Source of the DNA: Phoronis australis
Lineage: Eukaryota > Animalia > Phoronida
Direction: 5' to 3'
Assembly: GCA_002633005.1 (NCBI GenBank)
Contig: NMRA01000005.1
Location: forward strand, 1,913,048 to 1,977,047
Length of the DNA stretch: 64,000 nt
Part shown: positions 49,781 to 62,049 of the stretch, in pieces
Layout: every line of letters starts with the position of its first letter
How positions within the stretch are numbered: the stretch's first letter is position 1
The notes under the pieces: model-generated
Seen by the model: only the letters and a program-made list of their open reading frames with translations
Told to the model about the DNA's origin: nothing
Databases searched by the model: none
Program-made: the position numbers and the translations under genes

Positions 49781-51387
49781 AGGAGAATGCCACCGTATTT
49801 AATTAGTCTTTTTTACCGTCTTAATCGGTCCATATCCACATCACCTCTTATACGGTCGACCTCACCTTGCCGCGACCTCACCTTGCCGAGAGGTGTCGCG
49901 TTAACCTGTGAGGAAGGTGATAAACGACGCAGCGACGTCAGTGGTTCGTCTGCAGAGTGAATGCCGCTATATTGCGTTGCATCGTCCCCGCTTGTCCGGA
50001 CTATGAAGCTGCGAAGAAAGCGGGTATATCGTTTTTTCGACTTCCTCGAGAGCCCGAAATGCTTAGGAAGTGGCTCGCGGTAGTGAAGAATGAAAGGTAC
50101 GCTGTTAATAGCAAGTATGAGGCCGTGAAACATCTCCGTGTGTGTGGCCGGCATTTCGTCGACAGTGATTTCTCTGACGAATTCCGGCTTACCAAAGAAC
50201 TATTCATACGTTCCGTTGCATGTTCACGGCGCCTCTGTAGTATTTCTGGATCAGTGTATTCCGGTTCGAACTGATAGCCTGTGAAACCTAACGATCCGAC
50301 CCGTGAAGTCTTCGTCGGATGAGCTCTTGACCAAGTCGGGATTGGCGCCGGTCGAGTTGCCATGTAGACGTTTATTATTCTGTGTTCTGTTTCAAAATGA
50401 ATTATTCTCATCCTCACCAATGCTTATATAAAACTGAAACAAAGTCGGTCTCATTAGATACAATTTGTTAATATGTCTTTGGAGTAATCGTGAGTGCAAA
50501 TGTTGAGAAGCCAGCAATGAATAAACCACTGCGTTACCGGCTCTTGATGCCGGCAATAAAGGTAATTGACCGGGCACCGAGACCGTGTGAGCGCATGCTA
50601 ATTCCGTGCTTACTGACAGAAAGCTGTTGTGAAACAATTACTCGATTTTATATGCTATGGTTACATGTTAGGGGAATCTTTATTTATAAATACAAATACA
50701 TTATTTAAAACATTGTTACTGTACAACCTTTGCCCTGACGGTCTGTGGAAGGGGAACCTGACACATTATTTCTTTGGCTCACTATTATAGTCTTTTCGTG
50801 ACTGGAGGTTTAGTTTCCAACTCAAGATGGTTTATGTTCGTGCCAGTCCCGGCGGCCGCGACGGGCATGATCGGGTTTCGGCACTGGCCGGGATAACAAG
50901 CGTTTTGTGTGTTTAGACCTAAAAAAATCATAAGTCTAAACAACACAGATCTAGGTTCTCATGTCTGTATTTCACGGAAGAATACTTCGAATTTATCTCC
51001 GAGCAGACCCCAAACTCCTGCTACGGACCTTGGTAAATTGGCTGCCGAACTTTGTAGGCTACTGTGTGTCCAAATAACAATAAATTCGTAACAGCGAAAT
51101 AAAACAACACGTTTTTATAAGAACTCGGTGTATTTTTAAGGGTTTTACATCGAAGTTTGATGATTTATTAGTGTTAAACGATGAATTCAAGCTACAAGCT
51201 GACACCAGTAACCCGTGTTGTGAACTGCTGAACAGACTGCGTGTGAAACCAATGACGTCGTGGGATAATTTCAACACATCCGTCTGCCGTCAGGTGTCAG
51301 GTAACGCAACCGAACGTGCAGTTATCGAGTAAAACTACTCGATCTAAATTGATACAAAATAGGTTGTTTTTTGGGTGGCATTCTCCT
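49781..51387 (+). mobile_element. Non-autonomous Kolobok-type DNA transposon (1607 bp)
   Basis: Perfect 14-bp TIR AGGAGAATGCCACC/GGTGGCATTCTCCT, TTAA on both sides, purine-purine 5' end, and an internal THAP coding fragment. These are established Kolobok features. Confidence 0.85.
49969..50274 (+). pseudogene. THAP zinc-finger fragment (transposase N-terminus)
   Basis: RCIVPAC...SFFRLP..RKWL..LRVCGRHFVDSDF is the C2CH THAP signature. There is no in-frame ATG, no AVPTIF box and no catalytic domain. Confidence 0.8.
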
Positions 51388-54300
51388 TTAAAATTGTCAA
51401 TTTTTTGCGTAAAAATTTTATTTTAACAGAAATAACTCGGCGTTTCTTAAAAGGTCACGACTTCCGACCCCGAGCCTCTGACACAGAGAGTAGTTACAAA
51501 GCCGAAGCGAGTCGAAAAAGGCAAGTGGATTCATTGCAATGTTTATCGTTCAGGAGTTAGCCCCGAAGATGATAATCCACGAGGGCTCTAGACTCTAACT
51601 TCGCCATGTAATAATCTATATGTATTACGTGAAGTCAAGTCAATTCCTTTTTTGGAAAATCACGTGCGTTGATACTCGGAAGTGAAATTATGAATGTGTT
51701 GATGACATCAACACGGTATTAAAAGTATCAGTATTGTTGTAAGGCCGCCAATCTGTGTTGGGAGGGCCAGCCTATGACCAATCATGAACCAAAATAATTC
51801 GGAACCGCCTAGTCTTGTCCATGGTACTAGTCTATTAATCACAATTTTATAACTTTCTTCGTCTACGGAACTCCCCGGTGCGAAATTGTGGTAGGGAGTT
51901 ATCACAGGCTCCATGAAACTGTCAGCCTAAAATTCGTTTTAAATGTGCATTTTTGCGATTTTTTCAATCCAACTGTTCAAAGTACTTACACGTGTCCAAA
52001 ACATCAATTTTGACAGAAAAATACGGATTTTGGGTATTGGAGGTGCTGGGAATAACCTTCAACAGGTCGCTCATGGTTTCAAAAGAATTTCCATTCGAGT
52101 ATTTCCACCCACGAGTCTAGTTATGACCTTCTCTGGAAACCAGATTTCGCGGCTTTCAGTTTACAACCAAGATAAACCGTTGATCCGGCACCGCGCTTCC
52201 CATCACATTACAGTGGGAGGGGGGGGGGGGTAGTGTAGACTGTTTTGCTACTAATCTTCGGAATTCTCAATACCCGGCGTGCTTCTTGTGTCAGTAGCTG
52301 TACTGTTACCATAGTGACAGTGGTAATAGTGACGGCACAACTGTTATTTCAACTGTATTAAGCAGCAAATTAAAGGTGCTAAACTTATTCTAGAAACCAA
52401 TGACGTAGCAACGACAATGACCGGGACGCCCTATATTTTGCAAGTTAAACCAGGTCACTGCAACAGCGCGCGCGTCGATTAGACCGTTAAATTTGCAAAA
52501 TAAAAACTCAGGTTGATATTCAAATCGGGCTATAAACCATGGCGATCTTGTGTCCCAAAACAACTCTAGTTTCCAGACATATTTACGCTTCCAAAACAGC
52601 ATTATTGTATCTTGGCATTTGTCAGGAATGAAATAATAATTTGCCCAGGCAAATCCAATATGCCACTGAGTATCTCGAACTTTTAAGCTTGAACTGAAAC
52701 ATTAACACCGTGACCTGAAACCTTTTGAGCCTATTCCATCCCGAGTACAGAGATTCAAACTGGGTAGAGATCCAGATGAGACCAGTTTTATGAAGGTTCG
52801 AGGACCCTAAGTCATCAAAAGCTGGTTCACGACAGGAAGCATGGGATTAACACCACTTTAACTGTAAACTATACACGTATATTCATTGCAGCTCAAAAAA
52901 GAGTAGAGCAGACATGTTACTAAAGATTCCACACTGAGAAATTTGATTTCGTTAAATTTCCATCATATTCTGCAGTTTTTGAAAACTAAACATGCCCTAA
53001 CGAGCGTCCTGTGCACCCATTAGGACGGAGGTTCAGTCATCAAGCTGCCATCTAGTGGGTTAACCAATGGAATCGATGTGTTAAAGATGTATAGTGAATA
53101 TGCAAATTAATTAGTGCTGATTTACAAACATCCCCGGGTCCTCCAGTTACCATTACAATCTTACGAAAGTCTCTATTTGCTAGACTGTTTTTATGTAAAT
53201 TGGTATGGTAATATTTCATCATGGCGGACTAAAACAACAGCGAGGTATGGCTACTTGGCCGATACTCCTCGCGGTGACCACACCGAAAACTGTCGTTATG
53301 TAACTTCATTTTGTCGTCACCTTGGACAATATTCAACATAATGCCAGTTTGCGTCTCTGGTAGTGTACACACTTCTCGTCCACATTTCTTAGGACTACAC
53401 GAGAATCCCTTGGAAACCTCGGCTCTCTAAAGTTTTTAATATTTGTTTCTTTCGTTATCAAATAACGATTGCGTAATATTTTGAATTTTAAAAAGTGTAT
53501 CAGTTGTGATGTTTTCTTAGAAACCGCAATTTATTTACAAGTTGTTTCTTTTTCTCATTATACTTGTACACACAGTTCTCCAGGAAGTCACTAAGTGGCG
53601 CTTGCCACAAATTTAAATATTTACGGTTTTAATGAGACATAGCATCTTTAGCAAGTGCGACTTAGGGGATAATCTTATACATAAAGTTGTGTTTCACGTT
53701 GTCAGTATTTTTGTATTGGTGAGGGAATACATTGTGCAAACTACTTTGTAACAGTAAAACTCAAAGTTAAGACCACTGCTGTTTCGTTTAAATGAGATGT
53801 GAAAAAAACAACGACTCTAACTGAGAAATAGTTAGCTTTCCCTATACAAAACACATGCACACTGAGTCAATATTCATTCACTCAGGTCTGTAGCCGGTTG
53901 TCAGTACTATATATAGTGCAAATTATTCAATATTCAGTCAGGTCTGTGGCCGCTTGTTAGTACTATATAATGCACATTTATTTCTGTAGGTTGTGCTAAA
54001 AGTATCCTAAGCGGCGCATGATTTTTATTCAGGCCCGATTTGACGTTTCTTGTTTATTGGGAAGAAAACACGTTTCCAGTGGAAAAATATTTTATGATAC
54101 GGTCTGGTTTCGCTCACTTCACTCGAATAATATTTACGTCGTCTTGTTTCGTGGGAAGAAAGTAACGTTTGATTTATACCACTTCCGGTACTAGTCAGTT
54201 TGAAATTGTTAATTTCTCAGATTCAAAGTGATTTCCGGTCTTACAAAGAACCGACGGTTATTGTTCGGGACCATGCTCGGTGAAGGAAATCAGACACACC

Positions 54301-56427
54301 TTGACAAGCTAAGCTATAGCCGCCTCGTTTGAAGCAACAACGAACCGTCAATTCTTTGAAACTTGAAGCCTAGGACCTGTTTCTCCGATCAAGATTGTAC
54401 GGCCAAATGTCGATTTTTTACTTTGGCTTTTAGTCTGCTCCCGAGCAGGCTGCGGTCTTTTGGCTTCTTCGACTGACTTGCGGATGGATTTTCAGACTTT
54501 CAGCCTTAGTCTGGTTTCTTGAAACAAGCTAAGCCTCCAGTAGACTAGTTTTTAGACAAAATACAATAGATAGCGAGACTGTTCGAGAAACAAAACCCAG
54601 AAATCACACATATGCTGGCTAACGAACGATTAGAGACCAATTGGATATCACTAAGTCATTGAAGTTGGTTTTCGAGACGGAAAGTGGATAATTTATATGA
54701 ACAGAGGATGTTGTACTCAAATCAATGTTTTTTATTATTTACATCTCATTCATTTTGGTCTAGTATTTCTTAGAATTACACTTCAGACAAAAAAACAACT
54801 ATTACATTCCGCAAATACGAGACGACATCATATTACTCCGTCGATAGCGCAAATGTAGCGCTATTGATTTGACCTAATTTGATTTAAATGACTCGACTCA
54901 ATGAGATAATGAAGTAATTTGAGAGTGCAATCAATTGAAACAACGGGCAGATTTTTTTGTTTCAACATTACTTTATTTGAACAAAGGGCAACGATAAGGT
55001 ATCACAACTGGGGTATAATGAAAACAGTTTGCTCTGCTTTTACCGTTCCACTCATAACAACTCAGACAACAGGGACGGCGAGCTCTCGTAAACTTTAGAC
55101 TGCCTGTCGATCAATGCTAATCGAAAAAAAATTCCACATCCGTTTAAAAACACACAATGCCTATATACACCTACTTTTAAACCATACTTGTAAAATATCT
55201 GCAAATGGGGTTAGAACTGCCAATTTTTTTCTCAAGTGATTTTCCGCATCCAATGTTTTAATGTGACAGTCAAAATGTGGAGATAGAATGATTAGAATTG
55301 CATATGAAGAGAAAAAATGTGGTCTAAAGAAATTCTGTTTGTGCTTATTTGTCACCCACCCAATCAGGGTGACAAACTTGAAACCACTTCATCTTAAGGT
55401 CATCTTGTCATCCATAATGCACAGTCACAAATACTGCTAACTAGGTCGAAGCCACCTTAGCTTCATTTTAGTGTAAGTTTACCGTAACTTGCATTGAAAA
55501 GTCGTTGTAACTTAAAGGATGATGCCACTAAAAACAATGCATTTTGTATCAACTTAGCTCGAATAGTTCCACTCGAAAACAGCAAGTTCAGTTCTTTTAC
55601 CTGACACCTGTGCTATAGTTCAGGCCCAAATTGTCACAACGTCTCAAAAGTCCACTAAAAAGGCAGGAAATACCAAAATTCGTCGAATGCACAATTCATT
55701 TCTCTGAACGTAACCCGAGAATCTTCTTAAAAGGTCCACATTCTCAAAAATTGGAGCCCTCCCTTTTTAGGATGGGTGCGCCCATGCAATGGACCAGTTT
55801 TCAGGACAGGAAAAAGATATCAGAATTAAGTCCAGTTATAATTTAAAAAATAAAGAGTGCAAGTGTCCTAATGTCATTTTTCCAGGTGTAATTTATGGGC
55901 ATGAAACATTTCAATGAGGCCTGGAACGCGAAACTCGTAAAAGCACCATTTAAACATCACTTCCCAATTGCATAATCACAGTTGTTTTGTGCAAAATGAG
56001 CTATGTTTTTGTCGTGCCATACCAAATAAGGAGACGTGCTTTACCTTATGGGAGAAAAATCTGCTTAGTGACGAGCAGCTGACGGATCGTTTTTTGTAAA
56101 TTTGAAACTAAATGAAAATCAACATAAATTTAAAGTCTTTACGAACGAACCGCAAAAATGGCTAGTGAACAGTTTCAGTGACAGAGAACCACCTCAAGTA
56201 ATACAATTTAGTCTATTTTTTCACATTCTATGTTATGTAAAACGTAAAAAAGAACGTAAAATTTAAAAGTCTGTCTATACTTAGTGATTTGTCTGCGACG
56301 GAACCTTCGAGCGACCACCTTATCGTTAACTTAAGTCACAGCGTCTGTGCTAGACTCGTGGCTCCCCCATTGGACGACGCCCGTTGCTGCAACTTCAATT
56401 ACGCTTGCCCACACTGATGGACCGCGT

Positions 56428-56883
56428 TTTCTGATGCGCTGCGTCGAGAACTATCTCTTGGCACCCACCAATAGCTGCCATCCAGAAAGGTGAACCACAT
56501 TTATTGAGGCGTAGTCTGGCTTTTTTCGAATTCGAAACCTCTCTTAGAATTTAAGACCCGTCGACACTTAAACAATATTTCAACTGATTTTTCAAAATTC
56601 TTGCTCTTTGACTGATTTTCATTTGTAACACGAAATAAATTTACAGGCGTAAGTTGTGAGAATTATTTCCCTAACTCATTCCTTTCTAAAGTTATTGAGG
56701 CTTTTTCCCAAACGTTTGCGATTTTTTTGCGTTTCTCTGTTTCTATGGAAACGCGTGTCTAGCGGAAAAGTCTGACCATGCAGCACTGGTTTTTTTGATG
56801 CGCTGCGTCGAGAACTATCTCCTGATACCCGCCAATATCTGTCATTCCAGAAGGGTGGACCAAATTTATTGAGACGTAGTTTG
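56428..56883 (+). repeat. Two ~90-bp diverged direct repeats (about 56428-56519 and 56792-56883)
   Basis: tgatgcgctgcgtcgagaactatctc...ccagaa.ggtg.acca.atttattgag.cgtagt.tg occurs twice. Confidence 0.8.
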
Positions 56884-57639
56884 TCTTCCCGTCTCATACA
56901 ATGACTGGCCGTGTCGAAACATGAAACAACACAACGATAAGCGTTCTAAATCAAAATTAGTTTTTGTGATTCAAGACTGATTTACAGCTGCGTGCTTGAA
57001 GTAAAACGACTTCAAAATGACCATTGGTCAGTCCTAGATGTGGAATTCGTCAACGACACCTCGCAAACTGTAAGTGATATTAACGTTAACATTCACCAAT
57101 CGCGCCTTAATTTCGTACGTTCCACTCATCTTAATTTTATACATTTCACATAAAAACTAAACCAAACATTGAACACGACCAAAGCCACTCAAAGATACAT
57201 TTTTCTGAATTCAATAGTGGTAAGCCATCACTAGTGTGTCAGTCAAAATAAATAAATTTATAAAATCTTAGAACTAAACATGACAGGTCTCAGATATTAT
57301 CAACTCTATTTAAAACTATTGAATGCTGACACTTCAATGTAAAACGGTTGAGGTTTCCAGGTTGACCATGAAGCCAACGAAAAGATTTTTGTAATTAGAA
57401 GAAAATTTTGGATGAGAAGTCGGAAAGACTAATAAGTACTTCATGGGCATGAAAGTTTTGTCTGATTCTAACTAGTCACACAATAAATCCTTTGTAACGC
57501 TGAATTACTTAATATGTTTACAAAAATTACCATTTGTGGTGTAACTTTATCCATGTCAAAACTGCTTAAATATTGCGTTACTATTACAGCCTGTCTGAGA
57601 AGAATATTACATCACTCAAGTGTCCATCCGTTGAATGAA

Positions 57640-60600
57640 TCACATCAAACAAAGGTCACCGATGAAGCTACAGACCTCACCCGACCCTCCAGCGAGGTCA
57701 CTGATAAACCCTAGCACGTCACCTGCGACCGGCACAACATCACGTAGTAAGTTCATGACCTAAAACAAACAGATACAAGCCTCTTAAAAATCTTTCTCGC
57801 TCAGTTAAAAAAAGAAAAAAATGTAGTTGGCCTGATGTCATTTGCAGTGCATCATACGTGCGCAGACCTCATAGTTGGTCCCATTGCACCAAACGCTGAG
57901 CTAAAAGCACGAGAGCCCCATTACGGTTCTTCGTGAAGGAAGTTTTCAAGTCTGCCTGTCTCCTTTATGAAAACGGACAAACTTTTCCATTTTTTGCCAT
58001 GCACTATATGTTGTAGGCATGTCACAGTGCCATCAAGTAGGTTGCTCCTCAGACTATGAAAAGCTCAGGTTGACATTATTGAAATATTTGAGTCCAGACC
58101 ATTCTCTTCCAATTTTGAAAAGCATCCTAGTTTAGAACCCTGTTTCTGTTTTAAGGGTCAGTTTTCGTTTTGAGATAATTGGATCAGTTAACAAAAATAG
58201 CTAAGTACTACAAGTTTATTCCGAGTACACCTGCTGGGAATATGTCCACGTAAATTTTTATATGGAGAAGAGCAAATGGTGCAGGGGTTTACGTAAATTA
58301 TTTTGAACACAAACCCGCGGACATATGAACAAAATGTGTCAGCAGTCTCTTTATACAGTGTCGTCGTTGACGAAACAAATACATTTTTTCTTACATTGTG
58401 TATTGACCTTAATTTGTAAATAGGTTCCACTGATTACTGAAAACATTTTCGGCATATGATATATTAATCGTTTTACGAACGAATCCGAAAAAATTCTGAG
58501 CAGTTTTGAACCTTGTTTTTAAAACCCCTCATCAAACAGTAAGCAATTAATACTTTTAATTCTTTTGGTACATCGACGTTAGGAACGTTTTTTTATTAGC
58601 TTAAAATGATCTAGTTTTGATCTTATGTTTAAAAGCACCACATAATCAAATAAAAATATGATGGCAACTCAACGTCCTGAGACAGACAACTAGCTGTTGA
58701 TTGCATGGCGCGCTCTCCTTGCCAACGTACCGGTGGCGTTTTATCAACCTGCTTCTTCCATGTATGCCTCTCTCTAAGCCAACTGTTCTCGTCTCTCAGT
58801 CTGACATTCTCGGCCTCCAGGTTCAAGTTTTTGCGATCCAGATATTCGTTTGTGGCCTTCAACGAGGTCATTCCAGCTTCTAGGCTTGTAATTTTATGGC
58901 GACAATACTTCAGTTCGTTGCGAAGTAACTGTTAAGAACAACAAGAAACTAGAAAGATTATTGTCACGTCGTGACAATAACGGACTCTGCGCGTGCGTAT
59001 TACTGGAATTATTATGGGAAGTTACTGACAGCAACCCGTTTACCAATATGAAAAGGAATTCTTTAAAATTGTAGGAGAAATTACATATTAATTTTTTGAT
59101 GACCTTTCCACTAATTGACCTCTTCCGGTGCATTATGAGCCCCGATGAGGGAGTAATTGTTAACTCGATTAAAAGTGTGGTTAATGCTAATAATCACAGA
59201 TGTTTTACTTTAAGCACTTCAGAATACAAGATGAATGAAGTGGTCAAACTTTCAGAAGAAAAATGCACCTAATGACCCCATGGGTGCACCAAATAATGAC
59301 CCCATGGGTGCACCAAATGACCCCATGTTTGCACTAAATGACCTGAAACTTTGGATTCCGATTTTATTTACCTGTGGCAATCAAACCTGTCAATTTGAAG
59401 TGTCTAGCTCAAAATTTTAGTTTGCACCTAATGACCTTTGACCTATTTCACCTGATTGGATGACCCGATTACTTAGAAAAGTAATTTTTTAAATTGTCAT
59501 GTCGACATATACCTGTTCACCGAATTTGAAAAAGATAGCTTTAAAACTGAAGGAGGAGTAGCATTTTGAAAATTACATGACCTTTGCACCAAACGACCTC
59601 TTCCGGTGCAATATGGAATATGATTATATAACCAATCAAAATTCATATACTGTCAAAAGTCATGTGCTGAATTTAAAGACCGTACCTGCACCCATTTTGG
59701 AGTTATTAAGCCTCAAAGTTGGTCGGAAGAAGAATAAGAAGAATAAGAATAAAATCGAAGAAAACCCAGGAACAACAGTACTCTGCGCTTACACGCGCAG
59801 AGTAATTAGTAAGACCTCCATCCCCCGTTAATTTAAAGCTGGCGCAGGAATCGCAAGCAGACGCCAGTAAATTTTTCGTAATGGATTGTGGCTCAAAGTT
59901 ATATAGGAGCTTATGGACATGTCCCTGTATTTAGGCAAATATCTACAAAACCATAGATTTCAACTCAATAAAAGTATATATTAATCTGAAAACTTGTAGA
60001 ATTTGAATCAAGGTATCTTGTCTCTTTGAAAAAAGTTAAAGAAGACGAAAAGTAGCAAAGCAACAACACCAATAACTCAACGGCCCCGATAACACAACGG
60101 CACCAATAACATCACCCAATTTCATTTGTCATAAATGTTCAAGTCACGCAATCTTAAAAACGCTGTTACAGTTTTCAAAATCATCATTTAAGTTTCGTTT
60201 CATGCAACTTTTGATGTTTTTTCATGAAAAATCATAGCTCCTTTTGCAAAAGTGAGACATTTCAAAAGCAATATTTAACAAGGTTTTGAAAACAGTTTAG
60301 AATCTGAAGATTTCATACAAGTACAGTCAGCCGTTTCAGTCTGAGATGTGGTGCTCCGAAGTTAGTCAAATTAAGTTTTTTAGAATCCTATATCAACCTT
60401 AACAATACTCCTTGCGAGTTCAGTAATGAGATTTATGGCACTCTGACATAAATCCTATTATTTGGGCAAATAACATTATACAGCCCTTCATGCTTCATAT
60501 CCAACTCCTAGTTAGTTCCTACCAAGTCCGATGGTAGCGCTGTTTGTTCTTTCTCTCCAGCTTCCTGTTGGCCCAGCCTCAAGCAACAGTACGTTCACTC

Positions 60601-61786
60601 GTAAGTTTTCCTAATTAGCCAATTTTATACTTCTCCCACCCTCCCTACCCTGGGTACCACGACATCTCCTCTCAACCGATTCATACCTTTCCCACACTCT
60701 CTCCTTTTCGTCGAACAAAATCTGCTGTTGGTTATTGTTGTTTTTGCAGTCCCTGCTGGTACCTTCTTCAGGCCCGGAGCGTCATACCGTCTGGCAAGAA
60801 CCAACGTCATTGGCTAGCGACCCAACCTGTACTCGAGCATCTATCACTGCAGCTTGCTTCTCTCCACCCCGGTCACAGCTCTCGGCACATACTGAGCCAC
60901 AACACCACGTTCCTTACAATATCTTTTTTATCACTCCGGCTGGTCTGCTCACTCAGCTTGTCCGGAACCCTGCTTTGCAGGTTGTTATAGCCCAGTTGGC
61001 TGTTTGGTGTACCCACTTGGTACTTTATATGATATTTGCCCATTTGGCAGTTTGTACCCACTTGGTACTTGTTATTGAATTTGCCGTTTTGCTCGACCCA
61101 GTTGGTAGGCAATCGGCCAATACCCATTTGGTATTATGTACCCATTTGGTACTACGCTAACCTGTGCCACTTAGCATCCGATACTCAGTTCTACTTTGGG
61201 TATCGGAAATGTGTGTGTGTTATCTCTTGTAATTAAGGAACCCATCTGGTTCCTTCTGTGAAATAGTTATTTGTAGAGCTGTGACCCTGAAATGCCCAAT
61301 ACAACTTAAAATATACATTATTCTTGTTGTTTTATTTGTCCCCAATAAAAGAAATTGCGAAACGAGCTTTTCCGCAAATCTTCTAAAACTTATCCCCGAT
61401 TGTTTTTCAATGAACCCCGACGTGCATTTTTTCAAGATGGGTGGAATTCTTTTGAATTTTGGTGGTGCACTAACAAAATGAAAGTCCCTGTAGAATGATA
61501 CTTAACTAATGAAAAAATAATAGTAAAACACAAATACATGCAAATTATCACTTAATAAATTCTGCTTAAGATAGTAGCAGTGTTAGTGACAGTTAACGAT
61601 GTAAAGTTGTGAAAGTAAATAGAGCGGTATATTTCAGTTGTCTACGTTTGGATCAAAGTTCATGTAACCAACTGAGGAACAAGCAGAAAATTTTTGTGAG
61701 CTGAAGAACTTCGAACAAAAGCACCAGACTCGGAGAGATTTAAACGAATTCTAAACATACCTTTATCTCCTTCAAAACATCATCCA
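57640..61786 (-). CDS. 3' part of an uncharacterised coiled-coil protein (exons 61786-61761, 58928-58749, 57759-57640)
   Basis: Phase-compatible exons with good splice sites give DDVLKEIK|LLRNELKYCRHKITSLEAGMTSLKATNEYLDRKNLNLEAENVRLRDENSWLRERHTWKKQ|VMNLLRDVVPVAGDVLGFISDLAGGSGEVCSFIGDLCLM*. Heptad leucine pattern; start not found. Confidence 0.6.
58945..59805 (-). mobile_element. Helentron-associated non-autonomous element (HINE/DINE-1-like)
   Basis: 5' stem tactctgcgc/gcgcagagta (59779-59804), adjacent AAGAAT microsatellite, internal tandem tgcacc.aatgacccca repeats, sub-terminal actctgcgc copy (58984-58992), 11-bp hairpin 58958-58980, then CTAG and a T-run on the minus strand. Confidence 0.75.
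60990..61155. repeat. Degenerate tandem repeat (tacccacttggtact-like units)
   Basis: Repeated ccca(c/t/g)ttgg cores; they produce the repetitive THLVL ORF 60735..61160. Confidence 0.7.
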
Positions 61787-61807
61787 CTGAAATGAAAAAT
61801 CAACTGA

Positions 61808-62049
61808 TTAAAAAAAAATAATTGCAGGCGGCCTGGTACACGTTGTACCAGACGTGCGCAGGCCGCGCATGTGGGCGCATTGCACTGACCACCTGGAAAT
61901 AGTTTTGTGCTTTATTAATCCATAGTTAAAACCGAGCTGAGGAGCTAGATACCTGACTGAAGGGTCTAGCAGTGTGGCCCAGTGGGACTCGAACCCACGA
62001 CCTCGAGTAAAGAAGGCGGGCACCATCACACTAGGCCACACTGCCTCCT
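61808..62049 (-). mobile_element. tRNA-derived SINE-like element with structured tail
   Basis: A box tggcctagtg, B box ggttcgagtcc, 3' hairpins and T-run; second copy at 470-705. Confidence 0.8.

Noticed and set aside
49957-50274. Domesticated host THAP gene
   Set aside because: It lies inside intact TIR/TSD boundaries, lacks an in-frame ATG and is truncated.
55516-55530. Second Kolobok-like end (ttaa AGGATGATGCCAC)
   Set aside because: No matching inverted end found in the window.
60990-61155. CRISPR-like repeat/spacer array
   Set aside because: Eukaryotic context; the units are degenerate and irregular with no unique constant-length spacers.
60735-61160. 141-aa ORF as a protein gene
   Set aside because: It is driven by the tandem repeat and lies antisense within an inferred intron.
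61965-62049. Functional tRNA gene
   Set aside because: No canonical cloverleaf or anticodon arm, and it continues into a repeat body also found at 470-705.
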